This document shows positions 13,346 to 25,700 of a stretch of 64,000 bases of DNA, piece after piece. How positions within the stretch are numbered: position 1 is the stretch's first letter; the number at the start of each line of letters is the position of its first letter. The DNA comes from Marsupella aquatica (taxonomy: Eukaryota; Plantae; Marchantiophyta): contig OZ316897.1 of the NCBI GenBank assembly GCA_973895155.1, positions 11,121,832 to 11,185,831 of the forward strand, read 5' to 3'. The translations under genes and the position numbers were made by a program. The notes under the pieces are model-generated. The model saw only the letters and a list, made by a program, of their open reading frames with translations. It had not been told where the DNA came from and did not search any database.

Positions 13346-16300
13346 CTAAGTGGGCTCCTCCGAATGCACCGACGGAGGTAGAGGAGGCAACCCAATCGAG
13401 ATTAACCATGCCAAAACCTGATCCACGACAACCATTGAATCCGAGATTAAAAATCGTTTTCATAAAATATCTGATGAGAACAATCACTGAATTCCCCAGC
13501 CTCTTTTCTCAGGTGCTACCTTGTTCTGAATATTGTCGTTAAAGTTATTAAGATAGACTTGAGCATGCTTGGCTGTTCATTTATCTTCCGAGAGTGAATC
13601 ATATGTCCAAAAGATCTAGAAACCAATATAATTGCAAGCTTCTCGGTGAAGATAATCAAAATTAGAGGTTGTGATTTATCCTGAGAAGGTGCTTTTGATC
13701 TCAACGGTAAAATTGCAATATACAGAGGATGGTATTGATTTAGTTGTGTGGATGCAAGATGCTGGCGAACAGGACCAAAGCTGCCAGATCTTAATTTGGA
13801 ACAAGCTGCAATATCTCAGATATGTTCATGGTCATCAAGCAGCCTCAACAGAGGAAATATGTGGGAAGATGACGTACCATTCCAAATCCACAGACGATGA
13901 AGGGAAATCCCGCCAAACCAAACGGTGGGTTTCCTCCCAAGGATGCGGCTGCAACCAGTATTTGACAGAAATCACTATGAGCTAGAGCTCTGAGATCTCA
14001 CTGATTTTCAGCCGGAAGATTTATTCCCGTTGGTGGATGCTATCATAGTTCGTGAATATAGGGTTGAATAGAAATCAAAACTAGTCCGTTAATATTCCTG
14101 CAAACCAGGAGCATCTCATCGTGGCCCCATTTCCAGTCAGGAATATGGTCAATCCATTCAAAAAATGTAAAATTTCTTGCTTGGAGTGAGAACAATCACA
14201 TGTACACTGAGCATCATTTAGAAGAGCTCCTTCCTGAAAGCCAACTCAGTCCATAACTGTGCAGATTTGAGCTTCTGTTTAAAGCCAGAGAAGTAAATTT
14301 CTACATATTGACTTACTGCAAGACTGCAATCAAGATAACACTGATAACTGAATCCTATGGCTAATGATTGTTACCTGCTAAAGGAGTGATCGTCAAAGGA
14401 GCTAAAATAGCAGCCGCTGATCGATTCGCTGCCATAAACCCTTGTATATTTCCCTGCAAAAAATTCACAACACATGATGATGTATGACAATCGAGGACAA
14501 TAGGGCCGCAAAGACGGCCTGACCCGACTGCTAGAATGGATCTTACAAGTAGAAAGCCAGGATTCGATTTGAGTAGAGAAGCGATTGAGGCGAAATTTAT
14601 CCATATCCCGCACATGGCAAGGAAGGTAAAACAGATGCAATCCTATCCCTGGCTGAAAAATGGGTTCATTGAACCTGTTGTCGACGATCCACTCCGCTTG
14701 ACACCATTGTCCCAAGCTGCAAAAGTGATGACCTTGTCAATCTATAGCGTTTGGGCTGAGCATGATGATGAAAGTAACTGTGCGGATATGTCACATATTC
14801 CATGTTCTGAAGCAAGAGACTAAATGCTGACCGTTGGCTCAGGATCATTATGTTAGGTTACCTGGAACTAGCATTCTGAACTTTCCTAAACACATGGCAT
14901 TGACCCTAAATTTCATTTCTTTTTCACCACGTTACAGAAATCAGAGCTTCGAGGGAGATGACCTTCTGTAAAATGATGAGTCCTCATCCCTTCATATATA
15001 AAGCATGAAGGTGACAGCTCTGGAGAGTGGTTTGATTGCCACTTACCGCTGGTGTTGTGACCGAAAAGAATACTTCCATTCCAGCTGCAATGTAAGGTAA
15101 CCAAGGTGTCCGAGCGAACCCATAAATAAAATACTGCAGAACGTGTATGTTATTAGCTAATTGATTTTGAGAAGCGGACTCTGCACAATAGCCAGTGTCC
15201 AGTTTCTACAGAACCACACAACGTAGGAAATTACAACAAGACATGATGTATCTCATCAAATTACGTCAAAGCAGATAGGTACCAGGGATTCATCATCCTC
15301 CCATCATCATTCTTTTTCCCAGAGCCAGATTCATACACAAAGAGCTCGGAATGCTGCTAACTGTTTGTCAGGATTTTAGGTTTTAGTGCTAATACCACAT
15401 ATCCGAAAATATCCTATGCATTGGTTTTATATTCAATAATTTCGATAGGAAAGGCAAACATGCACAGCAACTGCACCAATTGCTCCTAAGGTTCCGGATA
15501 GTGGTAAGATTAAGTATTGCAAAATATGTCCTGCCACATATTCGAAGTCCTCCTTCTAACCATTTTTGGAAAGGGCGGTATACACATACATGTCCAGCAC
15601 TGGCCAAAAGACTGACCAAGAGCACTCGTTCTCCGAGAAACTTTGACAATAGTGGATATACAGTCGTCTGAAATGTCATCACAGTAGTAACACAAAATTT
15701 GTCAAAACGTACTTGTCATTGACAAAATATTGCAGATGAGTTTATCTTGGCCCAAACAGCAGGGGCCAGATAGATTATCAGATCTCCAAGTATTTGATGA
15801 AGAGAAAGAAAACGATACTCAAAGAAAATGCGAATGGTGCTTGGGAATGCTACTCTTTACCATTCCAAGAGCAGATCCTCCTGCACCGAGAAGAATAATG
15901 ACCGCAAGTTGCTTCTCTCCATAGTCGAAGACCGCAACCAAATAAAACTGTAGACACAATTCAGATCAGATCAACATTCCCTCGCAAACCATCAATTTGA
16001 ACTGCCAACCATTCCGAGATGAATACTTAGTAGTTAGGCAAAAAGGTATTTAAGATTTAGATGTTGAAACACACAGCAAATACCGAAATTACACAGCGAA
16101 AATTCCCATTTAAAAAGCCAAGTTTCCATGAAGTGAAGACACATACCGCAGTAAAGACGTACAGGCCTGCCAACCCAAAACTATTCAGGAAGTCCACCAG
16201 AACTATTGTCAGCAGCCTCCGACTGGATCACCATATCGAAGACAATACACAGGGTCAGGATAACGCTTACATACTTTATTCAATCTAACTTACACATGCA

Positions 16301-19300
16301 GTTCTAAGGACTGTCCACACAGCTTGGATTGCTCACCTACTCCAGACAGTCCTAGCTGTTTCTCGAAAATTCGTGGAAATTTGTCGTTTTGGTTCAGGCT
16401 TTGGCAATAACTTTATTGCACTTTCTGATTGCGACTCATTTGCTGGAAGGAGGGGTTCTCTCGGATTCGTTTCTTCGAAAAAGACCTTGACGTAAATCGT
16501 CGCACAAACTTGTAGAATGACTGAAGCCTTATTGATATATCCCAAACCAGAAGCGGTGTTAGCTTGGAGAGAAACAATTCTTATCATTGGAGCTAGCACT
16601 AAAATGACGTTTTAATGCCTCCGTTTGTATACTTTCGAAAAATCTAGTGATGGTAGTTGAGTAGTGACATAAAATGTCACGTATAATTAGTAACATATTG
16701 CAAAATGACAGTGATTTCTCCGCCATACCCAGAGGGCTTGATCAACCGTCTTAAGTGCCAGTGAGGCAAGTATGCCTCCAATATAACCGACAGAGAGAGA
16801 GCCAATTGTTAAACCATTAACTGCTGGTCGATCATCCTCATCAACAACATCTGCCTGACACAATCAGAATAAACAATTTGAATTATTGAGATGAAACCGG
16901 ATGCGGACATTAATGAAGTCCTAAATCTCCAAATGCAATGATATTAGTACCATACATTAAATTTATATTTATCAACGAATTCCTTTTCTTTCTCTAGCTG
17001 TGACAATTGTGGTAGCTTTCTGTAGGGAAGATCGTTTGAATTATCTGGAGAAGACAGTCACACAGAGCGGTATTCAAACAAAGGGACTTGAGCAAGTTTA
17101 GGCTGAATAGAGGATACTTGACATCGTTGGCCATTTACCTCTAACAGCGTTAAGCAACTAATACCAATTGACATCCTACGGGTTATCAGAGGATTTGTTT
17201 TTTAATAGGACTTCTCTTTAATCGTAAGCTTATAGTAAGGAGCTTCATGTCTAGGTTAAGCCTGCATAACATTCACAGCAAAGCTTATCATAAAATGGGA
17301 GTAAGAGGTTGATTGTGTACCACAGTAGCGAGAAGAGTCGGTATCAATCCCCCTTCCCTGCAGGTGTACGCAATGAGCGAAAGAAGAAACCATACGTAGA
17401 CCGCTGTTCTGGTCTTAACGACAGCCAGTAAAACTGCCCGTTCACGCACTTAAAGTCAGCAACAGGAGAAACTGATTGAGACATGGTGTCCAGTTGAGTT
17501 CATATCTTTTTCACTGAATAGTGGACAAACCTGAAGCCACTACTGCATCTTCGAATGTTAATCAGCCACGCTTGAGTACGAACCTGGAAATCTCTGGTAG
17601 TAATTTGTCACTTTAAAATGGGACTAAGGCCCCGGTGGCTACTAATGATTTTCATTGGTTGCTCTGCTCAAAATCCCAACTACCCCACTCAGGAAGAGGC
17701 TACTAGGTAGTGGCATTCGAAAGACCTAACAAGACAGATAATTTCTTCATCATATGGCATAATTTACTGTGGCTCCAGTGACTTAAATTGAAATTCAGAT
17801 CATTTTGAAGCTTAGAAGGACATCACGGAGCGATTCACAGCATGCGTTCCAAGAAGCCTCTCTTGTTAGCCACTCGGAAACTTTACAAGTCAGAGTGCTT
17901 GAGTACATTGTTTATGTACAAATGTCTAATTCTTATCGGTGAAAGACGTACATATATCAAAAACAGAGTACCACCTGGTGCCAGGTAGCAGCCACTGCCT
18001 CACCTTGTGGAAAGATGGCTGTGACGAAAAATAATAAGAGAATTGGCTTCCTTCCATAAGAGTCCGAGAGCCCTCCTAGAATAGGTGCCATCACAACTGC
18101 ACCTATTCCTATACCCTGCATGCAAGTGACGAGCACATAAGATAGGGATTTCACCTTCCTACTTCAGCCAATATTAAATAATTTCACATGAGGACAAAAT
18201 ATAGTATGCTCAATTAATTAGATCTGCACCCTCCTGCTTCCAAGTCGCTGTTCGGATTTTCATTGTTATCTTACTATTCATCAAGTTCTGTGAAGAAGAA
18301 ATCTCAGGATTTTGATCCTGTGACTGCGAAGGTTGCACTGAATTGATTTGTTTTGGTAAAAACGACCAATTTACAAAAAGTGGCCAAACAAAGTACAATG
18401 GAGTAAAAAAAAGGTGGTCCAGAGAGGACAAACACGAATTCATTCATTCCCATATTGCACTGCATGGTTTACAAGTTTCTCGACCATTTCACGGCCCCAA
18501 GAAGAAGTGAAAATAATGAAAAAATTTGTTGTCTACGGCAAGCCGACCTGGCCCTGGGATTAACAATGCATTAAGACTTCCCTGGATCGAGTCACGAATC
18601 AGAGAAAGTGGCAGCAAGTACAGGAGAGTGACTATGTGAGAGAGCAGATCTCAAGCGCCCCTGGCCGAATCTGAATTAGATGTGTAACGTACAGACTAAA
18701 TAATTAATTTGTGAAGCAAATGTGACAGACTCTCATAACTAATTGGGTTAATGACTTGATTTGCTGCTCAGGGGTATTAACCAGAAAGGTTTAACAAGTC
18801 TTAAAAGGGACATTCAATCACGATAACCAGCTCCAAGGGCAATGCTAGTCATAACAGTAATACAACTTAGCCAGCTGCTCTAGTGGCCTTCCATTCTCAG
18901 CTCACTGACATAATGAGACGAAATCATGTGTGTTTAGAGATGCATAGAGAGGTCATATCTTTGTTCAGAATCTAGTACAACGTAGGCGAGAGGTCGATTG
19001 AATGAATTGATCTGATTTTCAATTTAGTCGGACCCAAATGGCTAATGGGAACAGCGAGTTCGTTAAGTCAAAAGCAAGTTTCAATCCCCAGAGGGTGGAC
19101 AGAGAATTACATCCTTCAGAGACCACAGTCGCTTCAAACCTGATGCGGTGAGATTGACATTGAGGAAGAAAGAAGGAGATGTACCAGCTGCAGTGCGCCA
19201 ACCAAGTAAATGCTGGCACTGCACTCATTCTCGCCATCGCAAAGGCGGTCCAGCAAGAGGCTGGGCATGAACGGTTGTGGGAGGAAAAGAGCGGCGTAGC

Positions 19301-19370
19301 ACAAAAGAGCAGCCACTCCGAGAGGAAACACCGGCCGAACGGTTTTGATAAAAGTGTTCGTCGTCTCCAT
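13346..19370 (-). CDS. Major facilitator superfamily transporter (TetA-like/HIAT1-MFSD14-like), tandem paralog A
   Basis: 13 exons: 19370-19185, 18115-18004, 17433-17321, 16854-16729, 16527-16337, 16222-16147, 15947-15861, 15667-15590, 15133-15047, 14716-14675, 14453-14375, 13948-13878, 13417-13346. MFS motif A (GGLSDSYGRKPILL), an N-terminal CDGENECS loop and a QQGNIQG motif are present; frame is intact. Confidence 0.9.
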
Positions 19371-19937
19371 TTTGCTAGCTCGCCGCGATTGCCTCTTTCC
19401 CCTGAACGACAGTCACTCAGACACCAGCTTCAAACAAGCCAATCAACGGATTCTTTCCATGAATAGACCTTCAAGCACAATCATGACGAGCGGCTTGCAG
19501 CTCTCTTGGATTTCTGCCACTACTTCATTCGTTTCGATCCGAGCACTGCTCAATCCATCCACCCACATGAATGATCAGACCAGGCTCACGTCGGTACCTT
19601 GCAACTCTCTCCAATTCAAGCTAGCTGTGACAATCTAGCTCAAACGAAGCGATCTACATCTAATCTCAGCTCAAAAGAAGCGATCTACATTTACATCTTC
19701 TCTGTGTTTGTACGTCACTCGAGCATGATTGAGTTTAATTGCTAAAGAATTCGGAAGAGAGCGAGTCACGCGCCGAAGAGCAAGGGAGTCAGTCAATCAT
19801 GAAGCAAGTTTGATGTCAGTTCGGTCTGCCTTCGACGACAATTGATGTCTCTCTGTGGTGTCTTTGCAAGACTCTCGTGGGAGTTGTTACTTTTTTCACC
19901 AAATACAAGGCCACTTTTTGGTCTACAGATATTCACC

Positions 19938-20220
19938 TTAATTACTGTTGCATAAGAACTAGAGTTACTATCAAATTAGTGTTACATACATTAATTTTGG
20001 TGGACGTGATCTTGAGTACAAAGTAATTCTAATTCTTGCCGGTTTTCCGTCATAGCTTTTTTGTTTAAAGTGCTAGTAGAAAAGGTGATCTTGAGTCCAA
20101 AGTAACAAAAATTCATGGAAAGTGGAATCAGTGTTTTAGCATAATTAATGTAACACTAATTCATAGGTAGCCCAAAAGTGTCTGCTCTCAAATTAGTGTG
20201 AGTAACAGTATTACAGTGTA
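19938..20220. mobile_element. AT-rich foldback/MITE-like element; partial second copy at 51739-51874
   Basis: Inverted arms aattagtgttaca..ttaatt (~19974) and aattaatgtaacactaatt (~20143). The right half (tcttgag...gtaacactaattcataggtag..cccaaaa.tgtctgct..caaat.agtgt...ttacagtgta) recurs at 51739-51874. Confidence 0.6.
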
Positions 20221-20529
20221 TACTCTGTACTCAAGACCTTTTGAAATGAAGTTAAACAGCACAAGTCCCGTCTTTGTTAATTAATGGGCAGGTTCTATAG
20301 GACCACCCTAATCTGATTTGAGACAATTTGTCATGGGTGGATTTGAATGGTGAGACCACGTGCTTAAGCTCAAATGATTGAGTGTAGATCTCTAGGTGCG
20401 CCAGAGCATAGGCTTGAAGATAGAATCTTTTGGAATAAAGTTCAGTAGTGCAAATCAATTGTTCACAGACAGGCAGGTTCCATAGGACCATTGTGTCTAT
20501 TTGGACAATACACTTTCAAGACAGAACTA

Positions 20530-20785
20530 TCTACAACTATAATAAGGGATCCCGTCTTTTTTCGTCCTTGGTCACCAGACAAAAAAGCTTCTGGGCGGGA
20601 AAGATCCACAGCCGTTGGATTTGATTAGCTGTTTTTTCTCACCATTGATGAGAGAAATGTACACCCCTATCACTTATCTGCTTCCCGCTGCCCCGTAATG
20701 CCCCCCGGCCAATCCCTATGGACCTGCCCTCCTTGCATAGTGCAAAGCACTGGCATAGGGCATAGGGCTTGTCCATTGTAAATCT
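20530..20785 (+). mobile_element. Non-autonomous mini-Helitron, copy A
   Basis: A|TCTACAACTATAATAAG 5' end and a subterminal gtgcaaagcac hairpin followed by ggcataggg. Homologous along its length to the reverse complement of 50219-50472. The 3' CTAG has degenerated. Confidence 0.6.
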
Positions 20786-20889
20786 CCAGTTGTGGGTACT
20801 ACAGTAGCACTCCACAACAGAGGCTTGAAGGTAGACTCCATATCCAAAATCTTCTGAAATGAAGTTCCCTTGTTCATGCAGATTCCTTA

Positions 20890-21270
20890 GGACCACCCCT
20901 ACCTGTTTTTGATAACACAGTTTAGTGAGCGGATTCAATGATGTTAGAGTGTGCTCAAGCTTGAGCCATCCATCATAAATCTGTAGTCATGGGTACTAGT
21001 GCGCCACCAGAGGCTTGCCCATTCAAGGACATCCATGTCCCACTTGCAGACTTGGTTATGACAATATGTGTGGACCCTTAGCTCATCACATTGTTGCATG
21101 AAAGGTGGACTATTAGCTCAACACACTCTTGGAGTGGTAGATCTTAATCTCTTATTTCTTCCTCTTTTTTGGTTTTTGGGGTATGCATTTGCCATCTTCT
21201 TTTGAATTTTGTGTTTGTCATTGCCACTTTTGCTCTTTCTCCATTGTACTGTGTTTGGCTCTTTTCAGTA
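20890..21270 (+). mobile_element. Second, more decayed 3' fragment of the RLE-type non-LTR element
   Basis: With frameshifts it reads GPPLPVLITQFSERI.MMLECAQA*AIHHKS...KDIHVPLADLV, against GPPLSVLTTHFRQRISVTLQRAQARAVYRRS...EDIPVPLADLV at 316->110. The downstream ctcttttttggtttttgggg matches the 3' UTR of copy 1 (ctctttcttggtttttagggg). Confidence 0.75.
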
Positions 21271-21875
21271 AACTGTCCATTAATTCCCCTTGAAAGGAGC
21301 CAAAGTTTGCAAATGTTGGGTCCCCTGTGCAAGTAGTCTAAAACTCCAGACAAAATAAGCAGTCCAAATTAGCACTCCTTGCCATGTAGTATCACTAGAC
21401 ACCATACTCAAAGGGGCTATTAAGTTCCTGTAAAGTCAACTCAGCCTTTCCACTCATTCTAAGGTCCAGATTTAATCTTAGGGGAGAATAAAACGAGTAC
21501 ATTGGGCACCGGCTTCTTGTAAAGCTACTCAACTGTGATTGGAAAGCCTTTTATTCCCTTGCCCACAACCAAGAAGCTCAGGTCCAGTCAGGTGTCCTGT
21601 GTCCTTCGTGGGTATGTCCAAGGATGACATTCACGAGGAATATACAAATAAAGAAAAATCTCAAGTAATACCTGTGATTTGCAATTGTAGTTAAATTTCC
21701 AAATACCACCCCTTTTAAGTTTTATAGTTATCTGGGATTCACCTTAATTTTAATTCTCCAAATGCACTTGCTGTAGTACTAGGGCATGCCAAATCTGAAG
21801 GGCTGCAAACCTATTCCCGACCCCAAAGTTTGAGTTTTGGTCTTTGGTCACAAGTGGTAGGACAGGCACTCCCAA

Positions 21876-21978
21876 GTCCACCACTTTAGTTTTGGGAAAA
21901 CCTGGGTGACCATGGTTGGAACCGAGTCCATCACTTTAGTTTTGGGAAAACCTGTGTGACCATGCATGGTTGGAGCCA
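21876..21978. repeat. Tandem duplication of a 50-bp unit
   Basis: gtcca(c/t)cactttagttttgggaaaacctg(g/t)gtgaccatg..gttgga occurs twice. Confidence 0.9.
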
Positions 21979-22749
21979 AAAAAACAGAGAGGTTTGAGAT
22001 GCCCTAGTGAACTGTCACCTCCCCATGGTCCCAGGCAATGGAAAAATTGATCTAGGTTTGTTGGGGTTAGCTATAAGGCAGAGAAACCCTTGTTCATGAG
22101 CTCCATGGTGGCAGATCCAGAGTGTTCACTCAAGCAGCTCGTTCCTAATATGCCTAAACTCTATGACGTTTTTCTCTGACAATGTAGAGCACAAGTGCAT
22201 GACTCCAGCATTTTGTTGTTGGAATGTGGCTGATATGATCGGCGTTTAACTTGAAAGGCCATTGTTTAGCTGTAGTCCACCAAATCCTCGTTTCCTTCAT
22301 TGAGGACGAGGTCATGTACTATATGCAGAGATTTCTGACAAGGAAACTGAGCAAGATTCGAGCCACAATGCTATCAGAATTGGCAGTGGTGTGCTCTGTA
22401 CGATGAGCTGTGGGCGGACTGCATCTTGGACTTGGGCTTGGACTTGGAGTGTGACGACTCATTTCTTCCCAATATGACCATTATTCCAGGGCAATTATAG
22501 TTGGCTTAAGTGGAAACAATCCCCGTTTCCACTACCGGCTACAACAATTATATCGGGACAAATTTGGACACAATGATGCTTTGGTAATCTGGTAACAGTA
22601 ATCGTTTCAATATTTCAGAGAGTGCACATCGAAAATCTGACGAAAATGTTCTTATCCATCTGGATCTGACTAAAGTTCAACATTCAATTGAGTAAGGAAT
22701 GTAGTATGAACCTTAGGAACTAATTGCTTGACAATCTTTGGGGTAGCGT

Positions 22750-25700
22750 TTAGTTTAGCGAAGGCACAATTGTATTTTCCTGAGGAGGCATTGGTGCTCG
22801 AATGTACCCAGTCGGCTCCTCCGAGTTTACCAGTGGAGGAACAGGCGGCAACGCAGTCGAGATGATCCATGCCAGCACCTGCCCCACGACAACAATTTGA
22901 ATCCGAAATTGAGAGTCGTGTCTCCTTAAATCTTATGAATTCAATTATTGAGATCCCGAGCCTCTGTTCTCAGAAACTACCTTAATTTTGTTTAAGTTAT
23001 TATGGTTAAATAATGACAACAAACCTATGTATGTCTGCTGTTCATTCCATTTTCAGATACTAAATGATTTCTCAGAATGACTTGAAAACCAACATGATTG
23101 CAATCTCTTGAAGAACTAAATTGAAATCAGAGGTTCTGATTTAATTAGCCTGAGGGTTACGGGCTATTGATCTCAACAGCAACATTGCAATACTAAGAAT
23201 GTATGTAATGTTCCATAGATGCAAACTAAGAATTACGAGCAAAGCCTACTTCTGTGCTGGCGAAAGGGACTCAATGTGCCAGATCATTTGGACGAGGTTG
23301 CAATGCTTCAGATATGTTCATGTTCGCAAACGTCTAAACCAGCCTCAACAGATAATGACGATGTGTGGGTAGATGACGTACCATTGCAGCTCCACAGATT
23401 ATGAAGGGAAACCCAGTCAAGCCAAAGGGTGGGTTTTCTCCCAAAGCTGCGGCTGCAATCGATATTTAACAAACAAGGTGAGATAGAGCTACGCACTCAG
23501 TTTCAACGGGAAGAGTTATTGTAATTGGAGACTTGAAGATGCTATTAGTTTGTTGCTCCAAGAAAAAATGTAGAGTACGTTCCTGCAGTGAGAGCTCAAG
23601 GACTTCTACCCTGAACAAGATCTGGCTTCTTCCTTTCAGTCATTCAAGTCATTAACTGAGCAGGATTTGCAGCTTCTGTCTAAGGCGAGGGAAGTGAATT
23701 TCTCAACTTTGACTTAGTCCAAGACTATGATCAAGATGACTTTACTAACTGAATCTGTATGAGTGTGGATTGCTACCTGCCAAAGGAGTGATTGTCAAAG
23801 GAGCTAAAATAATAGCCATTGATCGAGCAGAGGCCATAAACCCTTGTACTTTTCCCTGCAAAAATTCACAATGATGATGATGATGATGAGGGACAGTAAG
23901 GTTGCAACGGTGGCTTGCCCGGATCGATCTTGCAAACACCAAAGCCAGGCTTCGAGCAATTGAGGGCCAAACGTAATCATCTCGCATCTAGCAATGAAGT
24001 TAAAATAGATGCAATCCTATCGCTGGTTGGAAAAAGTGTTTATTGCACCTGTTGTTCACGATCCACTGCCCTTGACACGATAGTCCCAAGCTGCAAACAA
24101 AATTTATGACCTTGTCAATAGCTGCTGGGATGCAGATGATGATTAACAATAATAGTCCGGACATGTCACACGTTGCATATTATGTAGCAACAGACTGAAT
24201 GGTGAAACACCTCAGGATAATATCATTGTGTTGGAACTAGCCTTCTGGATCTTCCTAAACACACAGGTTGTTAAATAACAGTTTTTTTTAATATTTCACC
24301 GCCTAGAAGTCAGAGCTTCCGGCGAGAGGACCATTTGTAGAATGCTGGGTACTCATTCGTCCATATATGAAGAGAACTACAGCTCTGTAGAGGGTTTTCA
24401 TTGCTACTTACCGCTGGTTTTGTGACAGAATGGAATACTTCCATTCCAGCTGCAACGTAAGGTAACCACGGTTTCCAAGCCAGCCCATATACGAGATACT
24501 GCAGGACGTACATGTTAGAAACTAATTGTTTTCGAGAAAGTTGGCTCTGCCCAACAGCCAGTGCCCAATTTCCATACCGCAATACAATGTAAGAAATTAC
24601 ATCAGCACATGGTGTATCTCGTCAAAATACATCAAATCACACAGGTACCAGGCATTCATCGTCCTCTAAGCCTAATTTATCAAAAAAAAATCAGACCTAT
24701 GATCATACCAAAAAAGGTAGGAATGCCATTAACAATTTCCGAGGGTTTCTCGTTCAGTAATTTTGAATCGAAAGGTAACCACAACATTAGTAGGAAACTG
24801 CAGCACATGGGGTATGGCAGGGAACTAGCAATCGTAAATGCGTATGTCACATATCCGAAGTCCTCCTCCCTCTAAACGTATTTGGCATATCAGAAGGGTG
24901 GTGTGTACATACATGTGCAGCATTTGCCAAAATACCAACCCACAGCACTGCGCGTTCTCCAAGGAAATGGGAGAGTACTGGATATACAATCGTCTGATAT
25001 GTCATCACAACAGTAAAGCAAAATAGTCAAAATGTATTTCTCATTTACATAATATTGCAGACCAGTACTCCTACATGAGACTATTAATTTTGCAGTTCGA
25101 TTTCTATCTCGGTCCAAACAGCTATTGAATTGATGAAAATTGCAACAGTACTCAAAGAAACGCGGATGGTTTGCCGACTTGGCATACTCTTTACCATTCC
25201 AAGAGCAGATCCTGCTCCTGTTAGAAGATAGATGGCCGCAAGTTGATTCTCCCCATAATTAAAGACCGCAATCAAATAAAACTGTAGTCATAATTCAGGT
25301 CAGATTAAGAACCGCAATCAGGATTCCCTCGCAAGATATGAATTTGCAGAACCATCCATCCGAGATGCCTGCTTAGTAGTTACTCAATAAGATGTTAAGA
25401 TTTCCTTGTTGAAAACAGAGCAATAACTGAAAACAGAGCGAAAGCTGCCATTACAAAGGCCAAAGGTTCCATGAATTTGAAGAGAGATATCTACCACAGT
25501 AAAGCTTTCCAGGCCTGCCAACGCATAACTATTCAGGAAGTCCACCAGAACTACTGTCATTAGCCTCCGACTGAATCACCAGGTAGAAGACAATCCACAG
25601 GATAAGGATGAGTCTTGGACACTTTAGTCATCTTAAGTTAAACATGCAATTCTACGGACTGTCCACACAGCTTGGATTGCTCACCTACTCCAGACAGTCG

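Noticed and set aside
17434-17441. Apparent non-canonical GG acceptor for MFS exon 3
   Set aside because: A normal CAG a few bases downstream gives the right phase in both paralogs.
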